Assembly: GCA_050287085.1 (NCBI GenBank)
Contig: JBNKBE010000008.1
Location: 84,431-148,430 of the forward strand
From: Polyangiaceae bacterium
Lineage (GTDB): Bacteria > Myxococcota_A > Polyangia > Polyangiales > Polyangiaceae
DNA: 64,000 nt
Direction of reading: 5' to 3'
Of the stretch, positions 50,944 through 60,743 are shown in pieces. Position numbers and translations under genes: made by a program. Position 1 is the first letter of the stretch. Each line of letters opens with the position of its first letter. The notes beneath the pieces are model-generated. The model worked only from the letters and a program-made list of their open reading frames with translations, had not been told where the DNA came from and made no database searches.

Positions 50944-51018
50944 CGAGGGGGCGAGGGGGCGAGGGGGCGAGGGGGCGAGGGGGCGAGGGGGCGAGGGGGC
51001 GAGGGGGCGAGGGGGCGA
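50944..51018. repeat. Perfect (CGAGGGGG)9 octamer repeat
   Basis: Nine exact copies plus cga. Confidence 0.95.
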
Positions 51019-51339
51019 ATATAATCAGGAGAAACGGTCGAACAATGCTATTGTCGACGGAGGCGGCATCGTATAGCGGCGTGAGATCGAATATCCTGGT
51101 TTTGTAAAAGTCGAGATTGTGAGCTCGTCGCTCATTCAAGAGTTGGCCGCTCCGCCGTGTTTCCCAGGCTGATGTTGAGACACCGCGTTCTGGCCTGACG
51201 ACCTTCGTCGCAACCGCCCGTGCAGAAAGGTGCCAGGCCTGGGGCCTGTGCGTCGTTGCCTGTCCCGAGGACGCTAACGCTGCAAAGCCGTCACTCGACG
51301 CGACACCATCGCTCGTTTCGGGGGTATCATCGCGCCACC

Positions 51340-52068
51340 ATGACAAGCAAGCGCACAGCTATCGTCCTCGGTGGTTCTGGGTCCGTCGGTACGGCTCTAC
51401 TCCGCGAGTTGTTCCACGACGATGGGTTCGTCTCCGTCATCACGCTCTCCCGCCGATCCCTACCGGAGGCCATCGCACTGGCGCGCGTCACGGGCCGCAC
51501 GCTGGTGGAGAAACTTGTTGCAGAGATGACGCCAGAGTCCCTGGCGGCGGCAACGTTGGAAGCCGCAAGAGGCTCGAGGGACGACTTGGAGGGTTTCAGT
51601 GTGCTCGGCGTCGGAGCTGGCACGGCCAAGCTCACCCTCGATGAACACCGCGCCGTGGACGTTGCGCTGAACGAGGCGTTTGCACGCGCGCTACAGGGAT
51701 CAGGCAAGGTGCGGCATCTCGCGTTCATGAGTGCCGCCGGGGCGGATCCCAGCGCAAGGGCGAGCGGAAGTGGCGCGGCTGGCCTGTCACGCTACAACCG
51801 CGTGAAGGGCGAAGCCGAAGTGGCCGTGCGCCAGAGTGGACCTCAGATCGTAAGTGTGTTCCGTCCTGCCATGATCATTGGCTCTCAGCACACCCCTTGG
51901 CTTTTGGCGAAGGCGCTGCCCTTGTTCTCCTTCGTCACGCCCGCAAAATTCAAGTCCATCAGCGTGGAGCAAATCGCCAAAGCGATGGTCGCGTCGGCCA
52001 AGCACCATCCGACGACGAGCGAGACCTATCACTACCCAAACATGATGGACCTGATCGCTCGCGCCTGA
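51340..52068 (+). CDS. NAD(P)-binding Rossmann-fold protein (YraR/TIP30-like atypical SDR)
   Basis: VLGGSGSVG, SAAGAD, YNRVKGEAE, VFRPAMIIG. Confidence 0.85.
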   Translation: MTSKRTAIVLGGSGSVGTALLRELFHDDGFVSVITLSRRSLPEAIALARVTGRTLVEKLVAEMTPESLAAATLEAARGSRDDLEGFSVLGVGAGTAKLTLDEHRAVDVALNEAFARALQGSGKVRHLAFMSAAGADPSARASGSGAAGLSRYNRVKGEAEVAVRQSGPQIVSVFRPAMIIGSQHTPWLLAKALPLFSFVTPAKFKSISVEQIAKAMVASAKHHPTTSETYHYPNMMDLIARA

Positions 52069-52713
52069 GCTTTGGGCGGTCGGGCTTGAAGCCGGCGCCG
52101 ATCGTCGGTCCTGGGGGCGGACACTCTAGCCCGCTTGCGCTGACGCGAGCGGTCAAGTGCGCGATTGGCATTACGAGCGGTGCTATCCGCGCGCCATAGT
52201 AATCAAGCCACAGGTTGATAGCCCGACCGCCAACTGCAATAGGTGCATGACCATCCTCATGCAGCGTCTGAAAGACGCCATCGCAGCCGGCCCAAGTTCG
52301 TTGCCGAATCGCGTTACCACCAAGCACTTGAGGACGAGGCAAAGTCTATGCGTTCGCCACTCAGCTGAATCGCTCTATTTTCACCGCTCAGCTCTATGAG
52401 GCTCTTTTGATGGCTCGCAAGCGCTTCTTGGTCACGCTCGCGCGAACGCTGCTACCGGAAGGCGGCCTAAATGGCGCCGAATCCGGAGCACCACTCAGTC
52501 CCCCAAAACCAAGGATTCGGAGTCCCATATCCGGGCCCAGGTGGTGCTCCACATATGGCAAGTGGTGCTCCGACCCCAGGGCCGTTCATCCCCACCGCCA
52601 GCGCCGGTCACCCGCTCCCAGCCGCCCCCCGCTCGAACCGCCCCCCGCCGCTTCGTCAGAGCCGCTCCCGAAACCCGCGCAAACTCAAGCGCTTACGCGC
52701 CAGTACAAAGCGA

Positions 52714-52767
52714 GAAAGCCCCCGAAGGGGGGCTTTCCGATCCTGATGGGTTGGGGAGCCCATCAGG
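52714..52767 (-). terminator. Two hairpins downstream of tRNA-Gly
   Basis: cctgatggg / cccatcagg and gaaagccccc / gggggctttc. Confidence 0.65.
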
Positions 52768-52778
52768 CAGCTATAGAG

Positions 52779-52852
<74 letters not shown>

Positions 52853-53066
52853 GGAGGAGCGCCTTTGTACGATTCCGAGGTCGGGGTGTCAACACCACTA
52901 TTTCGTGTGAAGCGCTTTCGTGGGGTGGAGCGGACGGATGGTCAAGAGTGGTGGGGTTTCGGCAGCTTAGGTCTCGCCGCGGGGGGCTTCCGGGCGCGCC
53001 GACATCCGCGCCGCTGCCCGCACGGGCAGGCAGGTTTGTCGCGATATCTGCTTGGGGGAGACGTGC

Positions 53067-53173
53067 GTCGCCGTGGCGCTCGGTCGCCGTGGCGCTCGGT
53101 CGCCGTGGCGCAGGGCGCAGGGCCGCAGTTGTCGCAACGGCGCAGGGCGTAGGGGCAGGGCGTAGGGGCAGGG
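53067..53173. repeat. Adjacent 16-bp (x2.8) and 13-bp (x2.4) tandem repeats
   Basis: gtcgccgtggcgctcg; cagggcgtagggg. Confidence 0.75.
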
Positions 53174-53342
53174 TGGTGCGTTCCGAGCCTGTGGCCTCGC
53201 GCTCGTCGGCTGCTGAAATGCGAGCAAGGCGCTGTCTGCGGACAGCGCCTTGCTCTATGGGCTCATGGGGCCCGGGTAGTTTGGAGGTCCAGAGGTCGCG
53301 GTGCCTGGTGGGCGAAGCGCCCGAGGCCGCGCGCTGGACGCC

Positions 53343-54575
53343 CTAGAACTGGCTCCAGTACTCCCAAAGGAAGTCACCGGCGAAAGCGGGCCACCCGTGG
53401 TTGGTGCCGCTGTAGTTGGGATCGGTGTGGTTGCACCAGATGAGGGTCGCGCCCTCATCACAGCCCTGGTACTCGACGCAGTTCGACAGCGTGTCGGTAT
53501 AGCCCTCGACGGGCTCCGGCATCGCGGACATGTCGCAGTTGGCTAGCTCGCCGTAGAAGTCGCGCGTGAGGGGTCCGTTTGCGGGACCGACGACGTTGTC
53601 GTTCTTGCCGTGAATGACCACCGCGCTCACGTGCCCGGTGCACTGACGTTGCGACACGTTGAGGGGGCGTTGCGGTACCGCTTTCGTAGCGCAGGGCCCA
53701 ACGCTGGTCAGGCGATCGCCGTACTCGCAGCCAACGATGCTCGAGAAGTCGCCTCCAGAGCTTTCGCCGGTGATGAACACGCGTGCCTTGTCGACGCAGA
53801 AGTTCTCGAGGATGGCCGTGTGGAAGGGCTCGAAGAACGCAAAGTCGCTATCATTCCAGCCCGCATTGAGGTTGGCGCACTGCGGGTAAACACGAATTGC
53901 TTTTTGGGCAGCTTCGTTGTTTTCAAACCCGAGATTGCGCTCTGCCCAGGGAAAGGCGTTGGAGGTGCCCGTCGGGTTCAACCCCATGACCACCGGGTAG
54001 GGGGTGTCCGGGTCGTAGTTGGGGGGCAGTTTGACGTAATACATATGCCCCGCGATATTGAGGGGTGAGTTGGCGTCGCCAGTTTGGGGGTTGGCCTTGC
54101 CGCAGCCCGCGCTCGGATCCACCGGCAACTTGCCGTCCCCGCCGCCTTCGCCTGCCGCGCCGCCCTCGGCCATGGACATTCCGCCCATGCCACCGTCTTC
54201 GGTCGTTTCGCCCGCCGTGCCGCCTTCGGCCATGGTCATCCCCGCCATGCCGCCTTCGGCCATGGGCGCGCCGCCGGCTCCACCCCCGCTTTCGCCCGCC
54301 GCTCCAGCGCCTCCAGCGCCTCCTGTCCCGCCCGCGCCGCCGGAGGTGGCTCCCGCCATTGTGCTGGAGTCTCCAGCGCCTCCGCCCGAGCCGGCTCCCG
54401 CGCCGGCAGTCTGGTCTCCGCCGGAACCGCCGGTGACGCCGGGCGGCGTCGTGGCGTCATCGGAACAGGCCAGCGCCAAAACCAAAGGAGCTGCGCGCAG
54501 GCCGATCGCGCCGAAAGCGCGAAGGGGGCGGAAAGGAGAGGTTACAGAACCGAAAGCGGATGAAGCGTCACTCAT
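53343..54575 (-). CDS. Lipoprotein alpha/beta-hydrolase (PHB depolymerase/feruloyl esterase-like)
   Basis: LALAC lipobox, Gly-rich linker, PSAGCG, GESSGG nucleophile motif, HGKND, HGWP. Confidence 0.85.
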   Translation of the reverse strand: MSDASSAFGSVTSPFRPLRAFGAIGLRAAPLVLALACSDDATTPPGVTGGSGGDQTAGAGAGSGGGAGDSSTMAGATSGGAGGTGGAGGAGAAGESGGGAGGAPMAEGGMAGMTMAEGGTAGETTEDGGMGGMSMAEGGAAGEGGGDGKLPVDPSAGCGKANPQTGDANSPLNIAGHMYYVKLPPNYDPDTPYPVVMGLNPTGTSNAFPWAERNLGFENNEAAQKAIRVYPQCANLNAGWNDSDFAFFEPFHTAILENFCVDKARVFITGESSGGDFSSIVGCEYGDRLTSVGPCATKAVPQRPLNVSQRQCTGHVSAVVIHGKNDNVVGPANGPLTRDFYGELANCDMSAMPEPVEGYTDTLSNCVEYQGCDEGATLIWCNHTDPNYSGTNHGWPAFAGDFLWEYWSQF

Positions 54576-55008
54576 AATTCTATCTGTTGGGCGTGCCCGT
54601 GGTGTCGGGCGTCGCCCCCTTCTTAGGGTAGTAAAGCCGATCTGGCGGTTGTCTTTCTTTACGTGGACGCCGCAGAATGGCCAGCGAATAGGCGAAGAGG
54701 AGCTCTCCAAAGCACATGGGTCATGAGGCCGAACCCGACTATTTCGCAAACTTCTGCGCTGGGTGTTCCTACCAGCCCCTCCGGGCGCGGGGCTGGCGCT
54801 TCCGCCCGAGCCCAAACCTGGTGCCACGGGCCATTCCCACCTGGCCCTTCCCCGCGATGCACGACAAGGCGTGAGGCATGATGAGTGGGGCCTTCGGGCC
54901 CGCTCGCAGCGCGTACGTGTCTCACTGCCGCAGCCGCAAGACCCGAGGCGCGGGGGCCCGGATGGTTGTTCGTTGCCTCAAGGCAGCGGTACGGCTAGAG
55001 CTCGTTGC

Positions 55009-57939
55009 ATGTGGCGTCGTGGTTGGGCTGGGAAAGCGGGGCGGGTACGCGCGGCTCTTGTCATGGGGAGCATAGCTGTCCTGGGGAGCATGGCGCTCGG
55101 ATGCGACGTAGCACCCCCGGGGCTGGGCGTCGGGGACGGGGGGGCGCTGGCAGGGAGGGGCGGCGGGCGCGCCATGGACGGCGGGATCGAAACTCAGCCG
55201 CTCCCCGGCGAAAGTCGCGGCGGAAGCTCAGGGGCTGAAGCGGCTGGTGGTCGCGACGGCTTGTCAGTTGTTGGCGTGGGTACGGACCGAGATGCTGGGG
55301 CGGATGCAGGCGCGCCCTCCTGTGAGGAAGGCGCGAGAAGTTGCGACGCGCGCACCCGGGGAGCTGTGCTCGAATGCGGCGCTGACGGCGCGCGCAGCCT
55401 GGTGGAAAGCTGCGAGGGTGAGCTGCCGACGTGTTTGGATGGCGCCTGCGTTGAGTGTACACCGGGCGAGGAGCAGTGCAGCGGCACGGAAGTGTTGACC
55501 TGCAGCGACGACGGGGGTTGGGAGGTGCGGGAAACGTGCGTCGACGGCGAGGTTTGTCTCGCGGCGACGTTGGCGTGTGGCACCTGCCGAGACGGGGACA
55601 AGCAGTGTGATGACGAGGCCACTGTGGCCGTGTGCGAGGACGGTCGTTTTGCACTCGAAGCCTGCGGTGACACGTTACCCTTTTGCGTCGCGGGAGGCTG
55701 CGTCGAGTGTAGCGCGACCTCGAGCCGACCCACCTGCGAGGGGGATCAACCACGGGTGTGTGTGGACGGCTCTTGGAGCCTGCAACCTTCCTGTAGCGGC
55801 GCAACGCCCCATTGCAATACCACCCTGGGAGCCTGTGCGGAGTGTCAGCCAGGCGAAACGCGCTGCAGCGCAAGCGGCGGGCTAGAACGGTGCAGCGAGC
55901 TCAGCGAATGGGCTCCTTCGGTGTGTGACGCTGCCGCTCCGGCCTGTCTGGCGGGTGAATGCGTCGAATGTGAGCCCGATTCAGCGCCGCCCGTATGCCG
56001 CGGCGGCGCAAGCTACGCGTGTTCCGCAGCCGGGACTTATGAACCCGTCGAGACGTGCTCCGGATCAACCCCGGTGTGTTTGGCTGACACCGGTCGCTGC
56101 GGGAGCTGTGAAGGGGTTGTGAACTGTCAGGTAGACGACAAGCTCGGTCTCGGAAGCGCGTGCACCAGCGACGGGGAGTGTTCTTCGGGGCAGTGCGTAC
56201 AAGCGCTATCCGGCACAGCGGTGTGCTGCAGCGAGGCGTGTGACGGCACGTGCGAGGCATGCGGCGAAGATGGCCTTTGCAATCAGTATCCGACCGACGA
56301 TGCGCGCTGCGGCACCATCAGCTGCAACGCCGACACCGCGTGCACGGACTACCCCGCAGCGCTCACCAACAACCGGTGCGCGGGTGCGGGTCGGTGTGTC
56401 ACAGGCAGCGAACACTGCGTGCCGGACTACCTGGCGGACGGTACGAGTTGTGGCAGCGGGCTGGAGTGCAACGGCATGGGTAGTTGCGTTTCCGTATGCG
56501 CCGCCACCGATACCTGGTGCACGAACCAATGCGTGAACACCCGTTCGGACGATGCCAACTGCGGCGGGTGTGGCAAGGCGTGCCCCGCTCGCAGCGTGTG
56601 TTCAGCCAGCAGCTGCAAATGTTCGGCTGCTGGCGAAGCCATCTGCGATGGGGCTTGTGTCGATACATCGACCAGCCTCAGCCATTGCGGCGGGTGTGGC
56701 AACGCGTGTGGCAGCGGGATGGAATGCGTGCAGGGCGCGTGCCGTGGGTGGCGTGGCGCGGTCAAGGTGGGGGACGGTGATGGGTTCTCGGCTGTTGATG
56801 TCGCGATGGATGCGTCGGGCAACGCAACGGTTGTCTTTACGGCCACCGATCGCACGCAGGTTCGCGCCTGGCGCCGCCCCGCTCAAGGCGCGGTCAGCGC
56901 CAAGGCGCTGGGCAACGGAGGCGGGTCATTTCAGAACTACTTCTACGCCCGCGGCAAGCGCACCCTCGGCCTGGATGCTCAGGGCAATGCCATGGCGGTG
57001 TGGGGCAACGGCAGCACCTATTATGCTCGCTATCAAAACGGTGCCTGGGGCAGCGCCAGCAGCGTGACCCGGACGAGCTACACCAACCTCCCCTGGTTTG
57101 TGATGAGCCCCAATGGGAAGGGCTACGTAGCCTACGACGACGGGGTGGAGCGGAGCAGTGCCCACGTCTACTTTCGACATTTCAATGGGTCCAGCTGGGG
57201 TTCGGAGATCGTGGCTGAGACCGACACCACGGATGGGGCCGCCCTGGGCTTCGTTGCGGCTGCTCCGAATGGGGACGGGTTGATCGGCTATTGCGTGGCG
57301 CAGAAGGGTTATGTCCGTTGGTACAACGGCGCGTCGCCGGCTTGGCGGGGGGCGCGACAACCTCTGGCCCAAGGCTGCCCAAGCGCAGGGGAGGTTGATG
57401 CTCAAGGGCGTGCGCTCGCGCTGTCGATCGGGGGTGGCGTCGTGTATGGCTCCTCGTCCCTCAACGGCACCACGTGGCAGACTTCGCAGATCGGCACCGA
57501 GACGGGCTTTGTCTATGGCGGCACCCACCGCGTCGGGTTCATAGCCCCTGGGGGCAACGGTTTCGCAGCGTTTCGCCACGAAGTGACCACGTCGTCGCAT
57601 ATCGTGCAAGCGGCGACGTGGGACGCCGATAGCAACACGTGGCAGAGCGCTGTCGATCGGCTCGATGGCTGTGACTTCTCCGGTTTCGACTGGGTCGCCG
57701 ACGGAGCTGGCAGTGGCTTCATCGTTGGCGCTTGCTCCGACGGCATCCGCGCTCGGCGCAGATCGGGCTCGACGGGCACCTGGGCCGCGGAGAAGCAGAT
57801 CGAAACTCTGCGCAGCGGAACATCGGTATTCGATGTTCACATCGCGATAAGTTCGGACGGGCGCGCGCTCTTGGTGTGGCAGGAGGTGGAGGACAGCCTC
57901 GCGTCCACCAGCTCTGTCTGGGCCAAACCATTCGAGTAG
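55009..57939 (+). CDS. Large Cys-rich surface lipoprotein with a C-terminal beta-propeller
   Basis: ALGC lipobox; many CxxCxPG...C repeats; Stig1-like CV.T.S...(N/H)CGGCG.AC x2; MDASGNATVV and LDAQGNAMAVW blades. Confidence 0.8.
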   Translation: MWRRGWAGKAGRVRAALVMGSIAVLGSMALGCDVAPPGLGVGDGGALAGRGGGRAMDGGIETQPLPGESRGGSSGAEAAGGRDGLSVVGVGTDRDAGADAGAPSCEEGARSCDARTRGAVLECGADGARSLVESCEGELPTCLDGACVECTPGEEQCSGTEVLTCSDDGGWEVRETCVDGEVCLAATLACGTCRDGDKQCDDEATVAVCEDGRFALEACGDTLPFCVAGGCVECSATSSRPTCEGDQPRVCVDGSWSLQPSCSGATPHCNTTLGACAECQPGETRCSASGGLERCSELSEWAPSVCDAAAPACLAGECVECEPDSAPPVCRGGASYACSAAGTYEPVETCSGSTPVCLADTGRCGSCEGVVNCQVDDKLGLGSACTSDGECSSGQCVQALSGTAVCCSEACDGTCEACGEDGLCNQYPTDDARCGTISCNADTACTDYPAALTNNRCAGAGRCVTGSEHCVPDYLADGTSCGSGLECNGMGSCVSVCAATDTWCTNQCVNTRSDDANCGGCGKACPARSVCSASSCKCSAAGEAICDGACVDTSTSLSHCGGCGNACGSGMECVQGACRGWRGAVKVGDGDGFSAVDVAMDASGNATVVFTATDRTQVRAWRRPAQGAVSAKALGNGGGSFQNYFYARGKRTLGLDAQGNAMAVWGNGSTYYARYQNGAWGSASSVTRTSYTNLPWFVMSPNGKGYVAYDDGVERSSAHVYFRHFNGSSWGSEIVAETDTTDGAALGFVAAAPNGDGLIGYCVAQKGYVRWYNGASPAWRGARQPLAQGCPSAGEVDAQGRALALSIGGGVVYGSSSLNGTTWQTSQIGTETGFVYGGTHRVGFIAPGGNGFAAFRHEVTTSSHIVQAATWDADSNTWQSAVDRLDGCDFSGFDWVADGAGSGFIVGACSDGIRARRRSGSTGTWAAEKQIETLRSGTSVFDVHIAISSDGRALLVWQEVEDSLASTSSVWAKPFE

Positions 57940-58049
57940 CGCCGTCGTAGGGCGCAGTCGCGACGCAAATTTCCGGGGCGGCTCGGCAATCGCGGCGGCG
58001 GGGGTTTTCCTCGCAGCCAGCGGGGCAAGGGTAGACGACACTGCCGCCC

Positions 58050-59930
58050 GTGACCGATCCTTCCTGCTTTCGGTGGGTATACGTGCTGGCGGCCGCCGCA
58101 AGCACGGCATGTGGCGCGCGGGCCGACCTCGATATGCACCGATGGAGCGACGGGGAGGTTGTGGCGCTCCCGACGCTTGGGGATGCAGCGGCGCCCGGGG
58201 ATGCAGCGGCGCCTGGGGATGCGGGTGCACCGCCGGACGGGCAGCAGGGGGACGGTGTTGAGCCGCCCCTGGTCAACGCTCCCCGGGGGGACGAAACTCC
58301 GCCGGGAGCCTTGTCTGTGCCGGAAACCGAAGCGGTGACGGGACCCGCTACGTCGCCTGCTCCCGATGAGCTAACCTGTCGACTGGCGCCACGTGTGGCT
58401 CAGGTGGCGGAGGAGCCTTATCAAGTGGCGGCGCGGGTGGCTGCGGCGGAGGAACTCGAAGCGCGGGCGGCAGAGGCCACCTTTTCCTGGCAAGAAGACT
58501 ACTACCCGCTGCCCCCTCGCAATGTCGAGCCGGAGCTTGTTTCCCTGCCGGTCGCAGACGCGGTCGTGAGCGATATCGCCACGGCAGGCGACAGCTTGTG
58601 GGTTCTAGCCAGCGTATCGACGCCCGAGGGCGCCACGAGCGCGCGGCTTTTTGAGGCTTCCGTCGCAGCGGAGGGGGCAGAGCTGGCGTGGCAGGACGCG
58701 AGCGCAGGGCTGGACGAAGCCCTTTCCGCCCAGGGCGTTCAGGTCGCAAATTCCCTATTTGTGCGCGATCAAGATAGCGTCTTCATTGCGTCGGATGGGG
58801 GACTGCTTCGCCGTCGCAATAGCGGGGAGTACGAAACCATCGGGGTCCCCGGTGTTGTGCTACCAGTGGCAGCCTCTTGGTTTGGGCCGGACGGGCGCGG
58901 TATCGTGGTCGGCAATACCGTGGCCACCACGAAAAACGAGGGCGAGACATTTGTGCTCGAAACGCGTGAGCTTGGCTTTGTGGCAAGCGGTCTGGCGTTT
59001 CCGCGTCGCTTCGTGCGCGTCAGCGCCTACGGGGAGGAGGCGTCGGTGGTCGGTGCCTTCGGCCACCTGCTCACCTGGCGCGAAGGCCGCTGGGGCGCGT
59101 CCACAACGCTCGCCAGCGACGTCGCAGTGACGGCGGTCGGGCGTTTCGTGACCACCCGCCCGGGCAATGGCGTCCTGCAGGAGAGTTCTGACGGATGGGA
59201 CGTTTACCCAGTGACGGCTGCCACCGGGCGGCGCGGCGGCGGCGTCGACCGCATCTGGGGATCCCCGGACGGCCACGTTTTCGCGGGGGGTCAGATCTCC
59301 GCGCTGATGCATCGTTATCCGAGCGGCGGCTGGGAGCTTCTTCCCGCGCCCAGCGCCGCGCTGACGCGTATTGCGGGCGTGGCTGAGGGAGGCCGTGACG
59401 TATACGTCGCGGCGGAGGGCCAGCTGTATCACTACCCGTTGAGCGGCGACCCGAGCACGGGTGCCTTCGAAGCCCTCTTCCCCGATGAGCGCTACCAGGC
59501 AGCGGTTCCGGACGCGGGGACCGTCTGGGGCGAGGCGGCGGTGGCCGCCTACGATCCGCCCACGTGCGCAGATCTGAACCTCGACCACCAGGTCGGGGCT
59601 GGAGTCATCCGCGGAGAGCTCGCGCCGGGTGAGCCCGCGGCGCGCTACGGGGGTTGTGCTCAGCGGGGCGAGCGTTCGTTCAGCGAGACGGTTTTTGCTT
59701 TCACTGTACCCGTCACCGGTACCTATCGTTTTGTGCTCGATTCGGACTCCGCTTCGGGGCTCGGCCTCGCCCTGCGCAACAGTTGTGAAGGTTGGGTGAT
59801 CTGGGAGTCAGGTCGGGGGCCTGGCGGCGGGGTGGACGTCGGCTTGCTGCAGGAGCAGACGGTTCTCATTGAGGTCTTTGCCACTTCGGCCCACGAGCAG
59901 CCGCTGCCCTTTTCCGTTTCGATCTACTAG
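58050..59930 (+). CDS. Hypothetical lipoprotein (propeller-like region plus a PPC-like C-terminal domain)
   Basis: STAC lipobox; IWGSPDGHVFAGG blade; ETVFAFTVPVTGTYRF. Confidence 0.65.
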   Translation: MTDPSCFRWVYVLAAAASTACGARADLDMHRWSDGEVVALPTLGDAAAPGDAAAPGDAGAPPDGQQGDGVEPPLVNAPRGDETPPGALSVPETEAVTGPATSPAPDELTCRLAPRVAQVAEEPYQVAARVAAAEELEARAAEATFSWQEDYYPLPPRNVEPELVSLPVADAVVSDIATAGDSLWVLASVSTPEGATSARLFEASVAAEGAELAWQDASAGLDEALSAQGVQVANSLFVRDQDSVFIASDGGLLRRRNSGEYETIGVPGVVLPVAASWFGPDGRGIVVGNTVATTKNEGETFVLETRELGFVASGLAFPRRFVRVSAYGEEASVVGAFGHLLTWREGRWGASTTLASDVAVTAVGRFVTTRPGNGVLQESSDGWDVYPVTAATGRRGGGVDRIWGSPDGHVFAGGQISALMHRYPSGGWELLPAPSAALTRIAGVAEGGRDVYVAAEGQLYHYPLSGDPSTGAFEALFPDERYQAAVPDAGTVWGEAAVAAYDPPTCADLNLDHQVGAGVIRGELAPGEPAARYGGCAQRGERSFSETVFAFTVPVTGTYRFVLDSDSASGLGLALRNSCEGWVIWESGRGPGGGVDVGLLQEQTVLIEVFATSAHEQPLPFSVSIY

Positions 59931-60027
59931 TTACCGCGCGTCAGCGAGGCTCCGGTGCACGGGCCTGACGGTGCTGCCTGGCTCTCCTGGCTGTAACCGC
60001 ACAACGGGTACGGGGGTACCATCGACC

Positions 60028-60507
60028 ATGCACGTTCGTTCCCCATTTTCGTCTTGGCGCGGCGCCTGCTGCGTCGCCGCGCTGGTGGGCGGGGCATTGC
60101 CCGCCTGCGGGGACAATCAGGATGATGCCGGCGCGCGAGATCTGCTGGCGCGTGCCCAGGCCTCTGACTATCGCCAGTGGGCGCGTGCTCCTGGCTACCA
60201 ATCCCGGCGTCCCTCGGGGGCGCCGCACTCGGAAGCGGTGGACATCTATGTCAATCCCGAGGTCGAGGCAGCGCTGCAGAGTGCCCCGAGCAGCTTGTCG
60301 GAGTGGCCGGTGGGTTCGATCATCGTCAAAGACGGCTGGGACGGACGTCATCTCGAGCTCATTGCAGCCCTGGAGAAGCGGGAGGAGGGCTGGTTCTGGG
60401 CGGAGTACGACAGCGACGGCAACCCGCTGTATTCAGGGGAACCGTCGATCTGTATTGACTGCCACAAACTCGGTTCGGACCGGGTTCGCGCCTTCCGCCT
60501 GCCCTGA
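60028..60507 (+). CDS. Cytochrome P460 / c'-beta family lipoprotein
   Basis: LPAC lipobox; DIYVN, WPVGSIIVKD, ALEK...GWFWAEY, C-terminal CIDCH. Confidence 0.85.
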   Translation: MHVRSPFSSWRGACCVAALVGGALPACGDNQDDAGARDLLARAQASDYRQWARAPGYQSRRPSGAPHSEAVDIYVNPEVEAALQSAPSSLSEWPVGSIIVKDGWDGRHLELIAALEKREEGWFWAEYDSDGNPLYSGEPSICIDCHKLGSDRVRAFRLP

Positions 60508-60522
60508 GCGAGCGCCGGGCGT

Positions 60523-60576
60523 GCTGAGATCGCCCCATGCGTTGAGGTCGCCCTATGCGCTGAGGTCGCCCCACGC
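60523..60576. repeat. 18-bp degenerate tandem repeat x3 after the cytochrome stop
   Basis: gctgagatcgccccatgc / gttgaggtcgccctatgc / gctgaggtcgccccacgc. Confidence 0.8.
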
Positions 60577-60743
60577 GTGAAGTTGCGACACAAGGCTGGC
60601 TGGGCGAGCGTGGTCTTCGCACCGGGTTTTCGGCGCTTGAATCGCTCCACGAAGTGGCGGGCCGGGGTTCCATCTGGGCGTGGTCTGCTGCCTTGCCGCC
60701 TTGGGGCCTGCTGACTAGGGTGCGTCGATTCGAATAGGCCCCC

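Noticed and set aside
51020..51140. HipA-like remnant (LTPLYDAAS on the minus strand)
   Set aside because: A single short motif without the other kinase motifs; likely chance
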